Assembly (NCBI GenBank): GCA_021199335.1
Contig: JAJQIG010000038.1
Coordinates: 1,298 to 65,297, forward strand
Length of the DNA stretch: 64,000 nucleotides
Origin: Oscillospiraceae bacterium
Lineage (GTDB): Bacteria > Bacillota > Clostridia > Oscillospirales > Ruminococcaceae
Direction: 5' to 3'
In this document: positions 9,752 to 19,708 of the stretch, in pieces
Position numbering within the stretch: position 1 is the first letter of the stretch
Layout of the letters: each line of letters starts with the position of its first letter
Notes under the pieces: generated by a model
Seen by the model: the letters and a program-made list of their open reading frames with translations, nothing else
Database searches by the model: none
What the model was told of the DNA's origin: nothing
Translations under genes and position numbers: made by a program

Positions 9752-10336
9752 GTGAATAGGTCCGAAAGCAAATATTTTAATACAGCAATAAGAATGGACG
9801 AGGCTTTCTTGGAGCTTTTGAGCAAGAAGGACTTTGAATTTATTACCGTAAAGGAAATATGCGAAAAGGCAGATGTTAATCGCTCCACCTTTTATCTTCA
9901 CTATGAAAATATAGGGGAGCTGCTTGCTGAAAGCATCGGTTACATAAACGAGCGATTTTTTACTTATTTCCCGCAAAAGGATGAAATGATAAGCGGCATA
10001 AACGGAGCATCCCTTGAAGAACTGTACCTGATTACGCCCGCATATCTGATACCGTATCTCACTTACGTAAAGGAAAATAAGGATTTATTTCGGTTGGCTA
10101 TTAAAAGGTATACAGTGCTGCAAATGGATAGTAATTTCAGGGAATTGTGCAAGTATATTCTCAACCCGATTTTGGAAAGATACCGCGTTCCCGAAGCTGA
10201 AATGGAATATATTCTCGCATTTTATATTGAGGGGATTATAGCGGTTATCAGAAAATGGCTTGAGCTTGACTGCATAACCCCCGTTGAAAGAATGGCTGAA
10301 ATTATTATGGAGAATGTTAAAGAGACTGACGGTTGA
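9752..10336 (+). CDS. TetR/AcrR-family transcriptional regulator
   Basis: FITVKEICEKADVNRSTFYLHYENI helix-turn-helix; GTG start after GGAGGAGG. Confidence 0.8.
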   Translation: MNRSESKYFNTAIRMDEAFLELLSKKDFEFITVKEICEKADVNRSTFYLHYENIGELLAESIGYINERFFTYFPQKDEMISGINGASLEELYLITPAYLIPYLTYVKENKDLFRLAIKRYTVLQMDSNFRELCKYILNPILERYRVPEAEMEYILAFYIEGIIAVIRKWLELDCITPVERMAEIIMENVKETDG

Positions 10337-10346
10337 AAGGGGAAAT

Positions 10347-11030
10347 ATGAAAAAAGAAAAGAAGAAGGTCGGGATTATACAGGCATTAAATATCTTGGCA
10401 GCAAACGAGCGCCGCAAAATTGTGTTTTTTACGGCGTTTTCTTTTGCTGTCAATTTGATTTATGTAATATACAACGCATATATGGGGTTGAAAACGGATG
10501 CGGCTTGGTTCTTTACTATGTGCGTTTATTATCTTATGCTGAGCTGTATGCGCGGCTATGCCGTTTTTGCGGAGCTTAGGATAAAAAGAGATTCGGGAAT
10601 GAGTGATACTTACAATGCCGAAAAAAGGGTAATGAAAACAGACGGAATTCTGATTATGCTGTTGGTGATTGCATTAAGCGGGACGGTGGTTTTGACCGTA
10701 GCGGAAAATCGGGTTGTGACTTATGATACCATTACAATGATTACAATTGCGGCGTTTACATTTTACAAAATCATTGCGGCAATAGTCAACGCAGTAAAAA
10801 TCCGCAAGCATAATTCACCCATATTTACAACCATTCGCAACATAAGCCTTGTTGATGCGGTGATGTCTGTGCTTCCGATGCAAACTTCGATGATAGGCTC
10901 GTTCGGCGGTGATGATGGGCTGCCGACAGACTACCTCCGCCTTATGACAATTATGACGGGAACAGGAATTTGCGTGGTAATGCTGATTATTGCGGTAACA
11001 ATGCTGTTTTCGGGAAACGGACATGAATAA
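10347..11030 (+). CDS. Multi-pass membrane protein, unknown function
   Basis: ATG at 10347 (MKKEKKK) follows the TetR stop; several hydrophobic segments. Confidence 0.5.
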   Translation: MKKEKKKVGIIQALNILAANERRKIVFFTAFSFAVNLIYVIYNAYMGLKTDAAWFFTMCVYYLMLSCMRGYAVFAELRIKRDSGMSDTYNAEKRVMKTDGILIMLLVIALSGTVVLTVAENRVVTYDTITMITIAAFTFYKIIAAIVNAVKIRKHNSPIFTTIRNISLVDAVMSVLPMQTSMIGSFGGDDGLPTDYLRLMTIMTGTGICVVMLIIAVTMLFSGNGHE

Positions 11031-11220
11031 ATACCCTTCTCCGAGATAAAACTAAATCCGCAAAAATGATTTTTGTAGCTTTTTATTCCTAATTTTCACC
11101 GAAAAATGCGGGCGATTACCGCCATTTTTATTAAAATTCACAAAAAATAAATCGAATATTTTCAGAATAGTAATTTTGTTGCTGTATAATTACATTTAAT
11201 TATATTTAAGGAGCATACCA

Positions 11221-13179
11221 ATGAGTAAAAGAAAGCTTATCGGATTGTTACTTCCCGACCCCGAATCGGTTTATCAGCAGCGAATCCTTGACGGAGTTAC
11301 AGCCCAGTGCGGCAGGTACGGCTATGACTGCGCCGTTTTCTCCCCCCTTATGCGGGTGTGCCATAATTATAGGGAATACCTCAGCGGGGAGCTTAATATT
11401 TTTGAGCTTATTAATTTTGAACGGCTGGATGGCGTAATTGTTCCCACTATATCCTTATCGGAAAATCAGGATTGCGCCGTTAGGGATGCTATGCTGGAAA
11501 AAGTAAGTGCCGAATGTTCAAAACCCATTGCCGCAGTTGACCTTCCGTTCGGGGATTATCCCATTGTGGAAACGGACGACAGAACAGCGTTCTCTGTAAT
11601 AACCGAGCATATCCTCGATGTGCATAAGTGCGATCCCGATAAGATTTATTTCCTTACCGGAATGGAGGGCTATGACGTTTCGGAAAGACGCTTGGGCGGT
11701 TTTGCCGACCTCTTTAAGGATAGGGGCATTGAAATAAAAGAGGATAATATTTTCTATGGCGACTTTTGGTACAGCGGAGGAGAACGCCTTGCTGACAGAA
11801 TTATTTCGGGCGAGGTTCCCATTCCGCAGGCAGTTGTTTGCGCAAGTGACCATATGGCGATAGGTCTTGCCAATAGGCTTTCCGAGAATGGCATAAACGT
11901 GCCGAAGGAGGTTATTGTCACAGGCTATGATGTAACCGCCGAGGCTGTTATAAACAGTATTTCCATTACAACATATGTCCCCGATGTAAGCGCGGCCGCC
12001 GCAAAAGCGGTTAATATCGTCCACAATGCTATAGAACCCGATGTTCCCGAAATGGAGCTGCCTGATTTCCCGGGAAGCGGCTTGAGAATTTGTTCAAGCT
12101 GCGGCTGCCCCGAAAATATAGCTTACATAAGAAGCCGCTTGACCAATTCTCTTTATAACATCAATCATAACTATATTAACGGTAAGATGACCGGCGATGT
12201 CGATATAGGGGTTCTCCTTGAAAGCTATATGATGGAAACCCTTACAAGCGCCGACAGCGTTGAGGATTGTATGGCAAAAATTGCTCAAAGCGAATACCTT
12301 GTCCGACCATATAAAAGACTGTATCTCTGCCTTAATGAAAATTGGCTCGATACCTCGCGGGGTGATGAAGTCGGGGCATATTCCGACCGTATGAGGACGG
12401 TTGTTTCATCCTTCCCCGAGGATACCGCCGACAGGAGCAAGAATTATTGCGGAAACACCTCTGACCATTCCTTCGATACAAGCCTTATGCTGCCCGAGCT
12501 TGATGAGGAATGCGATGAACCCTCGGTTTTCTATTTTTCACCGCTTCATTTTAACAGCAAATCCCTCGGCTACTCCGTTTTTCAATGCGGTGTTAATCAG
12601 GGGCATAAGATAAACACTGTGTTCAGAAATTGGATAAGATATGTCAATAACGCCTTGGAAATGATGACAATTCGTGAGGAACTGAAAAAATTCTCCGAGC
12701 GTGACGCTATGACGGGCCTTTACAATCGCCGCAAGCTGTCTGAGTGGGAGAATCGGGTTCGTGAAAACGCAAAGCCTAACGATAACATAATTGTCTTTGT
12801 CATTGATATGGACGGACTTAAATATATTAACGATACCTTCGGGCATAACGAGGGGGATTACGGCATAAAAGCAATTGCCGCCGCTGTAAGCAGCGTTACA
12901 AGGAATAACGAAATCTGCATAAGAGCGGGCGGGGATGAGTTTTACATAATCGGGATAGGCGATTATTCGGGAATGGATGCGATTATCCGTTCCGAGCGGC
13001 TCAGCCTTTCTTTTGCCGAGGTTAATAAATCCGCCGAAAAGCCATATGAAATATCCGCCAGCATAGGCTACAGCCTAAATCTCTTTTCATCGGGAATTTC
13101 GCTTGGCGATGCCATAAAAGAGGCGGATAAGAAGATGTATGAAAATAAAACAGCGCGAAAGAAGCAAAGAGTAAATTAA
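11221..13179 (+). CDS. Diguanylate cyclase with an N-terminal LacI/PBP type-1 sugar-binding-like domain (no HTH) and a C-terminal GGDEF domain
   Basis: N-terminus IGLLLPDPESVYQQRILDGV resembles a LacI core. C-terminus DAMTGLYNRR...IDMDGLKYINDTFGHNEGD...RAGGDEFYII has an intact GGDEF. Confidence 0.8.
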   Translation: MSKRKLIGLLLPDPESVYQQRILDGVTAQCGRYGYDCAVFSPLMRVCHNYREYLSGELNIFELINFERLDGVIVPTISLSENQDCAVRDAMLEKVSAECSKPIAAVDLPFGDYPIVETDDRTAFSVITEHILDVHKCDPDKIYFLTGMEGYDVSERRLGGFADLFKDRGIEIKEDNIFYGDFWYSGGERLADRIISGEVPIPQAVVCASDHMAIGLANRLSENGINVPKEVIVTGYDVTAEAVINSISITTYVPDVSAAAAKAVNIVHNAIEPDVPEMELPDFPGSGLRICSSCGCPENIAYIRSRLTNSLYNINHNYINGKMTGDVDIGVLLESYMMETLTSADSVEDCMAKIAQSEYLVRPYKRLYLCLNENWLDTSRGDEVGAYSDRMRTVVSSFPEDTADRSKNYCGNTSDHSFDTSLMLPELDEECDEPSVFYFSPLHFNSKSLGYSVFQCGVNQGHKINTVFRNWIRYVNNALEMMTIREELKKFSERDAMTGLYNRRKLSEWENRVRENAKPNDNIIVFVIDMDGLKYINDTFGHNEGDYGIKAIAAAVSSVTRNNEICIRAGGDEFYIIGIGDYSGMDAIIRSERLSLSFAEVNKSAEKPYEISASIGYSLNLFSSGISLGDAIKEADKKMYENKTARKKQRVN

Positions 13180-13185
13180 GATAAG

Positions 13186-13213
13186 AAAAGCCGCCGATTA
13201 AGCGGCTTTTTTT
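13186..13213 (+). terminator. Rho-independent terminator
   Basis: AAAAGCCGC...GCGGCTTTTTTT. Confidence 0.8.
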
Positions 13214-13311
13214 GCGATATTATGTTCCTTCTGTTGCAATTATTCGGATAAAATGCAGAAATTTTAAAAAAGCTATTGAAAAAAAGCTAAAATAATGTAT
13301 AATAAACGTGT

Positions 13312-16059
13312 ATGTCTAAAATTATATCGGATTTAGAAAGGAAAGGGTTTTCATTGAAAAAAAACAAGAGTCCCGTAACATTGAATTTTAACTTAAAAAC
13401 ATTTTTATACAGTAAAAGAGTATATATAGCAGCATTTTTTATCCCTGTAATTGTTCTCTATACTGCCTATGCAATTTTCGGAGTATATCCGTGGGGACAG
13501 GAATCGGTGCTTGTTCTTGACCTTAACGGACAGTATGTTTATTATTTTGAAAATCTTAGGGACGCTTTTTGGGGAAACGGAAGCCTTGTTAATTCATGGA
13601 GCCGTAACCTTTCGGGGGAAATTGTGGGCATTTTCGCCTACTACCTCGCCAGTCCGTTTACGCTTATAGTAATGCTGCTCCCAAGATGGATGATGACAGG
13701 CTCGATTATGATAATGCAGCTTTGCAAGGCGGGCTCGGCGGCCGTTGCGATGTGCCATTACCTCGGAAGGCACAAGAAGTATTCGGGCAGCACTGCGCTT
13801 ATTTTTTCCATAATCTATTCCCTTATGGCATATATGATTGTTCAGCTTATGGATCCCATGTGGCTTGACGGACTTATCTATCTCCCCCTTATATGCAAGG
13901 GCATAGAAAAGGTTATAGATGAGAAAAAGTGGCTTTATTTCCTTATCCCGCTTGCGCTTATGTTTGTCGCAAATTTTTACATTGGCTGGATGATTGCGAT
14001 TTTCAGCATATTGTATTTTATTGCGTATTACTTTTTCATATCCGATAAGGCAGCGCCGTTTAATGCAGGGGATTTTATTAAAAGCGGCTCGATTTTTGCC
14101 TGTGGGGGTGTAATGGCGGCGGTTTGCTCCGCATGGCTGCTTATACCGCTTTATTATTCCTTGAGCCTTGGCAAATTTGAGTTTTCAACTCCGAATTACA
14201 GCATGAAAACTCAGTTTGATTTTATAGATTTTTTTGTGAACCTTTTGCCGAATGTTTATGATACCTGCCGCCCCGAGGGTTCACCTGTGGTTTACTGCGG
14301 GGTTTTGACGATACTTCTTATCCCGTTGTTTTTTATGAACACAAACATTAAGTTCCGCAAAAAAATAGGCTATGGTCTGCTTGCGCTGTCGGTTATACTT
14401 TCGATGTATATGTCCACCGTTGATATAGTGTGGCACGGCTTTCAGGTTCCGAACTGGCTTCCTTACCGTTATTCATTTACGTGCAGCTTTGTGCTTATCA
14501 TTATGGCGGCGCAGGCATTCGAGCGCATTGAGGGAATATCCTTCAAGGAAATCGGCGGAGTTTTCTTCCTTCTGTTCGGTTATGTTATTTATGTAAATAA
14601 ACAGGGGCTTGAAAATGTGACCCTCCTTGCGACCGTGTGGTTCACAATTGCGCTCGGAGGAATTTATGCGCTGCTTCTTTATATGTATAAAAAGCATTAC
14701 AACATAAAGCCTGTGCCTGTAGTGATAGTGTTTTTCCTAATGGTGGAGCTTATAACCACATCGGCATACACAATGTGCCGCATAGATGATGATGTTGTTT
14801 ACTCAAAAAATTCCTCATATAACCGCTACATTACTCTTGGAAGAAATACTGTTCAGAAAATTTATGAAATGGATGACGACCCCATATACAGAATTGAATC
14901 GAATTATCACAGAACCGTAAACGACGCTATGGCATTCGGTTCCTACGGCATTTCACATTCAAGCTCAACCCTTAATTCCGCACCGATAGAATTCCTTAAT
15001 AAGCTCGGATTCTCCTACGGCGGACATTATATTAAATATAAAGGCTCAACTTATGTTACCGATGCTATTTTGGGAATAAGGTACGTTATGGAAAAGGGTT
15101 CGGCGGAGCCCGATGGAGTAAGCGGGGAGGTAATCGTTGCCGAAAACAGTCACTATGATAATCTTGTGCTTGCAAACGGCGATAATACTGATATTTTTTA
15201 TGTGTATGAAAATCCCTACGCCCTGCCCATAGGCTTTATGGCGAGCAATGATATTGCCGATGTTTCACTTTCGGGAGATAACCCATTTATCTGTCAGAAT
15301 GTGCTGCTTTCGGCTCTCGTGAGCGACACAAAGGATGATTATTTCAAGCAGATTGAGATTGATAAAATCCTTCCCGAAAATGCTAAGCCCTCGACATATG
15401 GTACGCACACAAAGTATGTTCCCCGCATTGAGGGTGAAAACTCCCATATTGAGTTTATCATTACTGCGCCGACAACGGATATGATTTATATGTATTTTCC
15501 CTCAAGCTATGAGCGCAAGGTTAACGTTTGGCTTAACAATGAATTTCTCAATTATTACTTTGAGGGCGGAAATAAGGTAATCCAGACCCTTGGACGTTTT
15601 GAGGAGGGCGAGGAAATTTCCCTTATTACAACCATTACCGAAGAAAAGAACGAGGTTCTTTTTGCCGACGAGTATTTTTATTATCTTGATGAGGAGGCAT
15701 TCCAAAAATCCATTGCGGAGCTTCAGGAGCATCCTCTTGTTGTTGAAGAATTCAGCGAGGATTACCTCAAGGGAACGGTTACCGCCGATGAGGACGGTAT
15801 ACTTTTCACTACAATTTCATGGGAGCCGGGCTGGACGATTAAGGTTGACGGCGTAAAAACAGAACCCGTTGAGCTTGTTGACGCATTGATAGGAATTCCT
15901 GTAACAGAGGGAACGCATACGATTGAAATGTCATTCTTCCCCGAGGGAATGGCGCTTGGAATTATTATAAGCCTTGCGGGAATAATCATTGTTGTAACTG
16001 TGACTGTGATTTCACGCAGAAAGCGTAAGGTCTTGCTCGATAGGCTTTATGACATCTAA
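13312..16059 (+). CDS. YfhO-family membrane glycosyltransferase
   Basis: 915 aa with many N-terminal TM segments, a large extracytoplasmic domain and a C-terminal TM. The start is uncertain; a TTG near 13354 has a better RBS. Confidence 0.65.
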   Translation: MSKIISDLERKGFSLKKNKSPVTLNFNLKTFLYSKRVYIAAFFIPVIVLYTAYAIFGVYPWGQESVLVLDLNGQYVYYFENLRDAFWGNGSLVNSWSRNLSGEIVGIFAYYLASPFTLIVMLLPRWMMTGSIMIMQLCKAGSAAVAMCHYLGRHKKYSGSTALIFSIIYSLMAYMIVQLMDPMWLDGLIYLPLICKGIEKVIDEKKWLYFLIPLALMFVANFYIGWMIAIFSILYFIAYYFFISDKAAPFNAGDFIKSGSIFACGGVMAAVCSAWLLIPLYYSLSLGKFEFSTPNYSMKTQFDFIDFFVNLLPNVYDTCRPEGSPVVYCGVLTILLIPLFFMNTNIKFRKKIGYGLLALSVILSMYMSTVDIVWHGFQVPNWLPYRYSFTCSFVLIIMAAQAFERIEGISFKEIGGVFFLLFGYVIYVNKQGLENVTLLATVWFTIALGGIYALLLYMYKKHYNIKPVPVVIVFFLMVELITTSAYTMCRIDDDVVYSKNSSYNRYITLGRNTVQKIYEMDDDPIYRIESNYHRTVNDAMAFGSYGISHSSSTLNSAPIEFLNKLGFSYGGHYIKYKGSTYVTDAILGIRYVMEKGSAEPDGVSGEVIVAENSHYDNLVLANGDNTDIFYVYENPYALPIGFMASNDIADVSLSGDNPFICQNVLLSALVSDTKDDYFKQIEIDKILPENAKPSTYGTHTKYVPRIEGENSHIEFIITAPTTDMIYMYFPSSYERKVNVWLNNEFLNYYFEGGNKVIQTLGRFEEGEEISLITTITEEKNEVLFADEYFYYLDEEAFQKSIAELQEHPLVVEEFSEDYLKGTVTADEDGILFTTISWEPGWTIKVDGVKTEPVELVDALIGIPVTEGTHTIEMSFFPEGMALGIIISLAGIIIVVTVTVISRRKRKVLLDRLYDI

Positions 16060-16072
16060 GGAGAATATTCTG

Positions 16073-16621
16073 ATGAAGATTATGTTTGCTTCAGATATAC
16101 ATGGCTCTTATCCATCCTGTGCGCAGATGATGAAGCGCTTCGATGAAGAAAAGGCTCAAAGGCTTATACTTTTGGGGGATTTGCTTTATCATGGCCCGCG
16201 CAACGACCTTCCGACGGGATATTCCCCGAAAGAAACCGCACGTATTCTGAATGAGAGAAAAAATATACTTTTCTGCGTAAAAGGCAACTGCGATTCCGAG
16301 GTTGACGGCATGGTTCTTGAATTTCCGATAATGGCGGAATATGCCTTGATTTGGCTTGATGGAAGAACCGTTTTCGTTACTCACGGAGATAAATACAATA
16401 AGGAAAATCCTCCGCTTATCGGAAAGAATGACATCCTTATCCACGGTCACACCCACGTCAGTACAATTGATGCCTCGGGAGATTTTGTTTACCTTAACCC
16501 CGGTTCGGTTTCACTGCCGAAGGAGGGAAGTGAAAAAAGCTATATGATTTATGAGGACGGTATTTTTTCTCTAAAAAATCTCCTTACGGCGGAGATCGTG
16601 GAGAAATATGCAATTAAGTGA
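16073..16621 (+). CDS. YfcE/MJ0936-family metallophosphoesterase
   Basis: MFASDIHGS...LGDLLYHGPRN...GNCD...GHTH motifs; AAGGAG RBS. Confidence 0.8.
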   Translation: MKIMFASDIHGSYPSCAQMMKRFDEEKAQRLILLGDLLYHGPRNDLPTGYSPKETARILNERKNILFCVKGNCDSEVDGMVLEFPIMAEYALIWLDGRTVFVTHGDKYNKENPPLIGKNDILIHGHTHVSTIDASGDFVYLNPGSVSLPKEGSEKSYMIYEDGIFSLKNLLTAEIVEKYAIK

Positions 16622-16625
16622 AAAA

Positions 16626-16667
16626 AAGAAAGGATTTGCGCAGCTGTAGGCAAATCCTTTTTTAAAG
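16626..16667. terminator. Bidirectional terminator between convergent genes
   Basis: AAAGGATTTGC...GCAAATCCTTTTTT with A/T runs on both sides. Confidence 0.75.
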
Positions 16668-16680
16668 CGAGAGGTTAATT

Positions 16681-17517
16681 TTATTCCGTTTCTTCCGCCG
16701 CATCGTCAGTTGCGGGCTTTTCAACGCCGAGAGTATCGTAAAGATAATCAAGTTCGTTTTCAAGGCTGTCTATTCTTTCGATATATGCCTGCTCCTTTTC
16801 CTCCTCCTGAGATTTAACCTTGTTTGTTGCGGCAAGATTTATTGTAAAGATGAGGGTTACTACTACTGCAAATATTGTAAGGCAGACGGTAACGGGGTTG
16901 AAATGAGTTTTCTTTTCCTTTGAAGCCTTTCTTTCCAAATCATTTTCGGCGATAAATTCATAAATTCCCGTTCTCTTTAAAGCATTGCGCAGCAGGAAAT
17001 AAAGCGGAACAGCAATTATAACGGCAAGCGCCGCATTTATGCATGATGTTATCGCATTCGTTCCGACAGCCGCCCATGCCGCCTGAGATGTTCCGCCGAG
17101 GATTATTATGGTGACATAGGATTTCAGCAGGTAAAGGACGATATAAACAACCTGACCCGCAATTGCCGAAATAATAACACGCTTTTTCTCATTCGTTGTT
17201 CTGAGCAAACCCGCCGTTAAGCCCATCGCAAACTTTGAAAGGAAGGTGTACGGTGCGGAAACTATATACACAGGGTCAAAAAGGTCGTAAAGACCCGCCC
17301 CGATTCCGGATGCAAGACCGCCGCTGAGTCCGCCGAAAAGCAGGCCCGCAAGCAGACACATTGAATTTCCCAGATGAACTCTTGTAACGAGAACCCCGTT
17401 TGGAATTTTTATTTGAAGATAGTTTCCCGCATAGACAAGCGCAGCCATAAGACCAACTATAATAATTTGGTATAAGGTTCTTCTGCTTTTTGTCATTGTT
17501 TGATTTGCCATTTTCAT
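16681..17517 (-). CDS. ECF-transporter S-component-like membrane protein with an extra C-terminal TM and an acidic coiled-coil tail
   Basis: The hydrophobic core resembles ECF substrate-capture subunits. The start is 17517 or 17511. Confidence 0.45.
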   Translation of the reverse strand: MKMANQTMTKSRRTLYQIIIVGLMAALVYAGNYLQIKIPNGVLVTRVHLGNSMCLLAGLLFGGLSGGLASGIGAGLYDLFDPVYIVSAPYTFLSKFAMGLTAGLLRTTNEKKRVIISAIAGQVVYIVLYLLKSYVTIIILGGTSQAAWAAVGTNAITSCINAALAVIIAVPLYFLLRNALKRTGIYEFIAENDLERKASKEKKTHFNPVTVCLTIFAVVVTLIFTINLAATNKVKSQEEEKEQAYIERIDSLENELDYLYDTLGVEKPATDDAAEETE

Positions 17518-17850
17518 TGCCCCTTTTCTTTTTACTCGGTAATCCAATTATATTACCGACAAATTCGGTTTGCAAATTTCGGCAAGTAATTAATATTTCG
17601 TACATATTTATTTATTCTGCCTATGGTATTCCCTTATAAAAGAGCTTGGTTTGCAGCAATAGTCACAAAATTTTTTTCGGCGGATTTTTGCAGTATTTTT
17701 TAAGACAAAAAATTGTACAATAATTTTGCCTGCAGCCTGCCGCCTATTGTTGAAAAAGCAGAAAGATAAAATGCCTGCGATGGCTTGGCATTTGCCGAAA
17801 AATATAGTATAATGTAACTACCGCTTAATATATCGAAAGGATTTTTACAG

Positions 17851-18990
17851 ATGAACATTTATCTTGATAACGCCGCAACAACTAAGCCGTGCGAGGCTGC
17901 AATGTCTGCGGTATTTGACAGTATGCTGGAGAATTACGGTAACCCATCCTCTCTCCATAAAATCGGACTTAACGCCGAAAATGATATAAATGAAGCAAGG
18001 AAAGCCGTTGCGGCTGCCCTTGTGTGCGACCCTAAGCTCCTTACATTTACATCAGGCGCAACGGAGGCAAACAATACAGTTATTTTCGGCGCAGCGAAAA
18101 AATACGGCAGGCGCAGAAAAAAAATCGTTGTTTCGGGAATAGAACACCCTTCCGTTGCCGAGCCTATAAAAATTCTCGAGGAAACGGGGGATTACACCGT
18201 TGTTCGTGTTATGCCGGACAGAAGCGGAGCTATCGATGCGGAGGATTTTATAAAGGCTGTTGACGATGATACTTTTTTGGTTTCCTGTATGCTTGTCAAT
18301 AATGAAACAGGGGCAATCAATCCTGTTAAGAAAATTTTTTCATATGTAAAGAGAACCTTTCCCGAATGCATTACGCATTGCGACGCTGTTCAGGGATTTA
18401 TGAAAATTCCCATAAAGTCCGCCGACCTTATGGCGGATGCGATTGTTGTTTCCGCCCATAAGGTCTATGCCCTAAAGGGCGTTGGCGCATTGTTCGTTAA
18501 GAACGGCATTAGAATTCCTCCGCTTATCTACGGTGGCGGGCAGGAGAACAGGTTTCGTTCGGGAACGGAGGCTGTTCCGCTCATAACGGGCTTCGGCGCG
18601 GCGGTGAGATACCTTATGCCGACAATGAAAACCGCTTACAGCAATGCGGAAATTATCTGCAATTATCTTGTAAAAAGCCTTTCAAAGCTCAATTTCGTGA
18701 AAATAAATTCCAACCTTGAAAACCATTCGCCATACATATTGAATTTTTCGGTTGAGGGAATACGTTCGGAAATTATGCTTCATTTCCTTGAAAGCAAGGA
18801 TATTTACGTCTCAAGCGGCTCCGCCTGCTCAAAGGGAGGACACAGCTCTGTCCTCACAGCAATGGGTATACCCGATAAAATCGCCGACAGCGCAATAAGG
18901 GTTTCCATAAGCAGGGGAACTACGGAGGGCGACATAAACGCACTTGTAAACGCATTAAGAGAGGGTTATGAAACCCTTGCAAAGAGATAA
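17851..18990 (+). CDS. Cysteine desulfurase (class V aminotransferase, NifS/IscS-like)
   Basis: YLDNAATT...SGATEANN...SAHKVYALKGVGALF...SSGSACS motifs. Confidence 0.85.
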   Translation: MNIYLDNAATTKPCEAAMSAVFDSMLENYGNPSSLHKIGLNAENDINEARKAVAAALVCDPKLLTFTSGATEANNTVIFGAAKKYGRRRKKIVVSGIEHPSVAEPIKILEETGDYTVVRVMPDRSGAIDAEDFIKAVDDDTFLVSCMLVNNETGAINPVKKIFSYVKRTFPECITHCDAVQGFMKIPIKSADLMADAIVVSAHKVYALKGVGALFVKNGIRIPPLIYGGGQENRFRSGTEAVPLITGFGAAVRYLMPTMKTAYSNAEIICNYLVKSLSKLNFVKINSNLENHSPYILNFSVEGIRSEIMLHFLESKDIYVSSGSACSKGGHSSVLTAMGIPDKIADSAIRVSISRGTTEGDINALVNALREGYETLAKR

Positions 18991-19020
18991 ACGGGCGAAC
19001 AACATTCGCCCGTCCTTTTG
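18991..19020 (+). terminator. Rho-independent terminator
   Basis: ACGGGCGAA...TTCGCCCGT followed by CCTTTT. Confidence 0.7.
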
Positions 19021-19147
19021 TACGCTGCGAATTTTTAACATAAAATGAAATATTTGAAAACATTTTGCGGGAATGAAAAATATCGCAGATTTAATTTGTA
19101 TTATATATGAAATGAGAATCACATAAATTTCTTATGGGGGGAAATAA

Positions 19148-19708
19148 ATGATTTCTGATTCTGCCGAAAGGCTGCTCTCCGATAAAACGGAGAACGCTGA
19201 AAATGGCGGTTTCGGAACAGATGCGTATATCCGCCGTGTCCTTGAAAAATATTCCGACTGTGTAATTAAGCTCAGCTATACCTATGTTCACAATATATAC
19301 GATGCCGAGGATATAGCGCAGGAGGTTTTTATGGCGCTCATTAAATTCGCCAAGCCGTTTGAATCCGATGAGCATGAGAAGGCTTGGATTTTGAGAACAA
19401 CCATAAATAAAAGCAAGAATTATCTTCATTCGGGCTGGCTCAGAAGAACAGTTTTGCTTGAAGAAAGCGGCGAAAACGCAGATGCTGCCGAAAATATTAC
19501 CGCAAACGAGGAAAGTGAAGTTATGGAAGCAGTCCTTGCGCTGCCCGAAAAGTACAGAACTCCTGTGCACCTTTTTTATTATGACGGCTATTCAATCAAT
19601 GAAATTGCGGCAATTCTGCATAAAAAGCCCGCAACCGTTGGGACTCTCCTTGCAAGGGGCAGGGAACGTCTTAAAGCGCTTATGATAGGGGGTTTTGATG
19701 ATGAGTAA
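19148..19708 (+). CDS. ECF-type RNA polymerase sigma factor
   Basis: Region 2 (DAEDIAQEVFMAL) and region 4 (YDGYSINEIAAILHKKPATVGTLLARGRERLK) patterns. Confidence 0.8.
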   Translation: MISDSAERLLSDKTENAENGGFGTDAYIRRVLEKYSDCVIKLSYTYVHNIYDAEDIAQEVFMALIKFAKPFESDEHEKAWILRTTINKSKNYLHSGWLRRTVLLEESGENADAAENITANEESEVMEAVLALPEKYRTPVHLFYYDGYSINEIAAILHKKPATVGTLLARGRERLKALMIGGFDDE

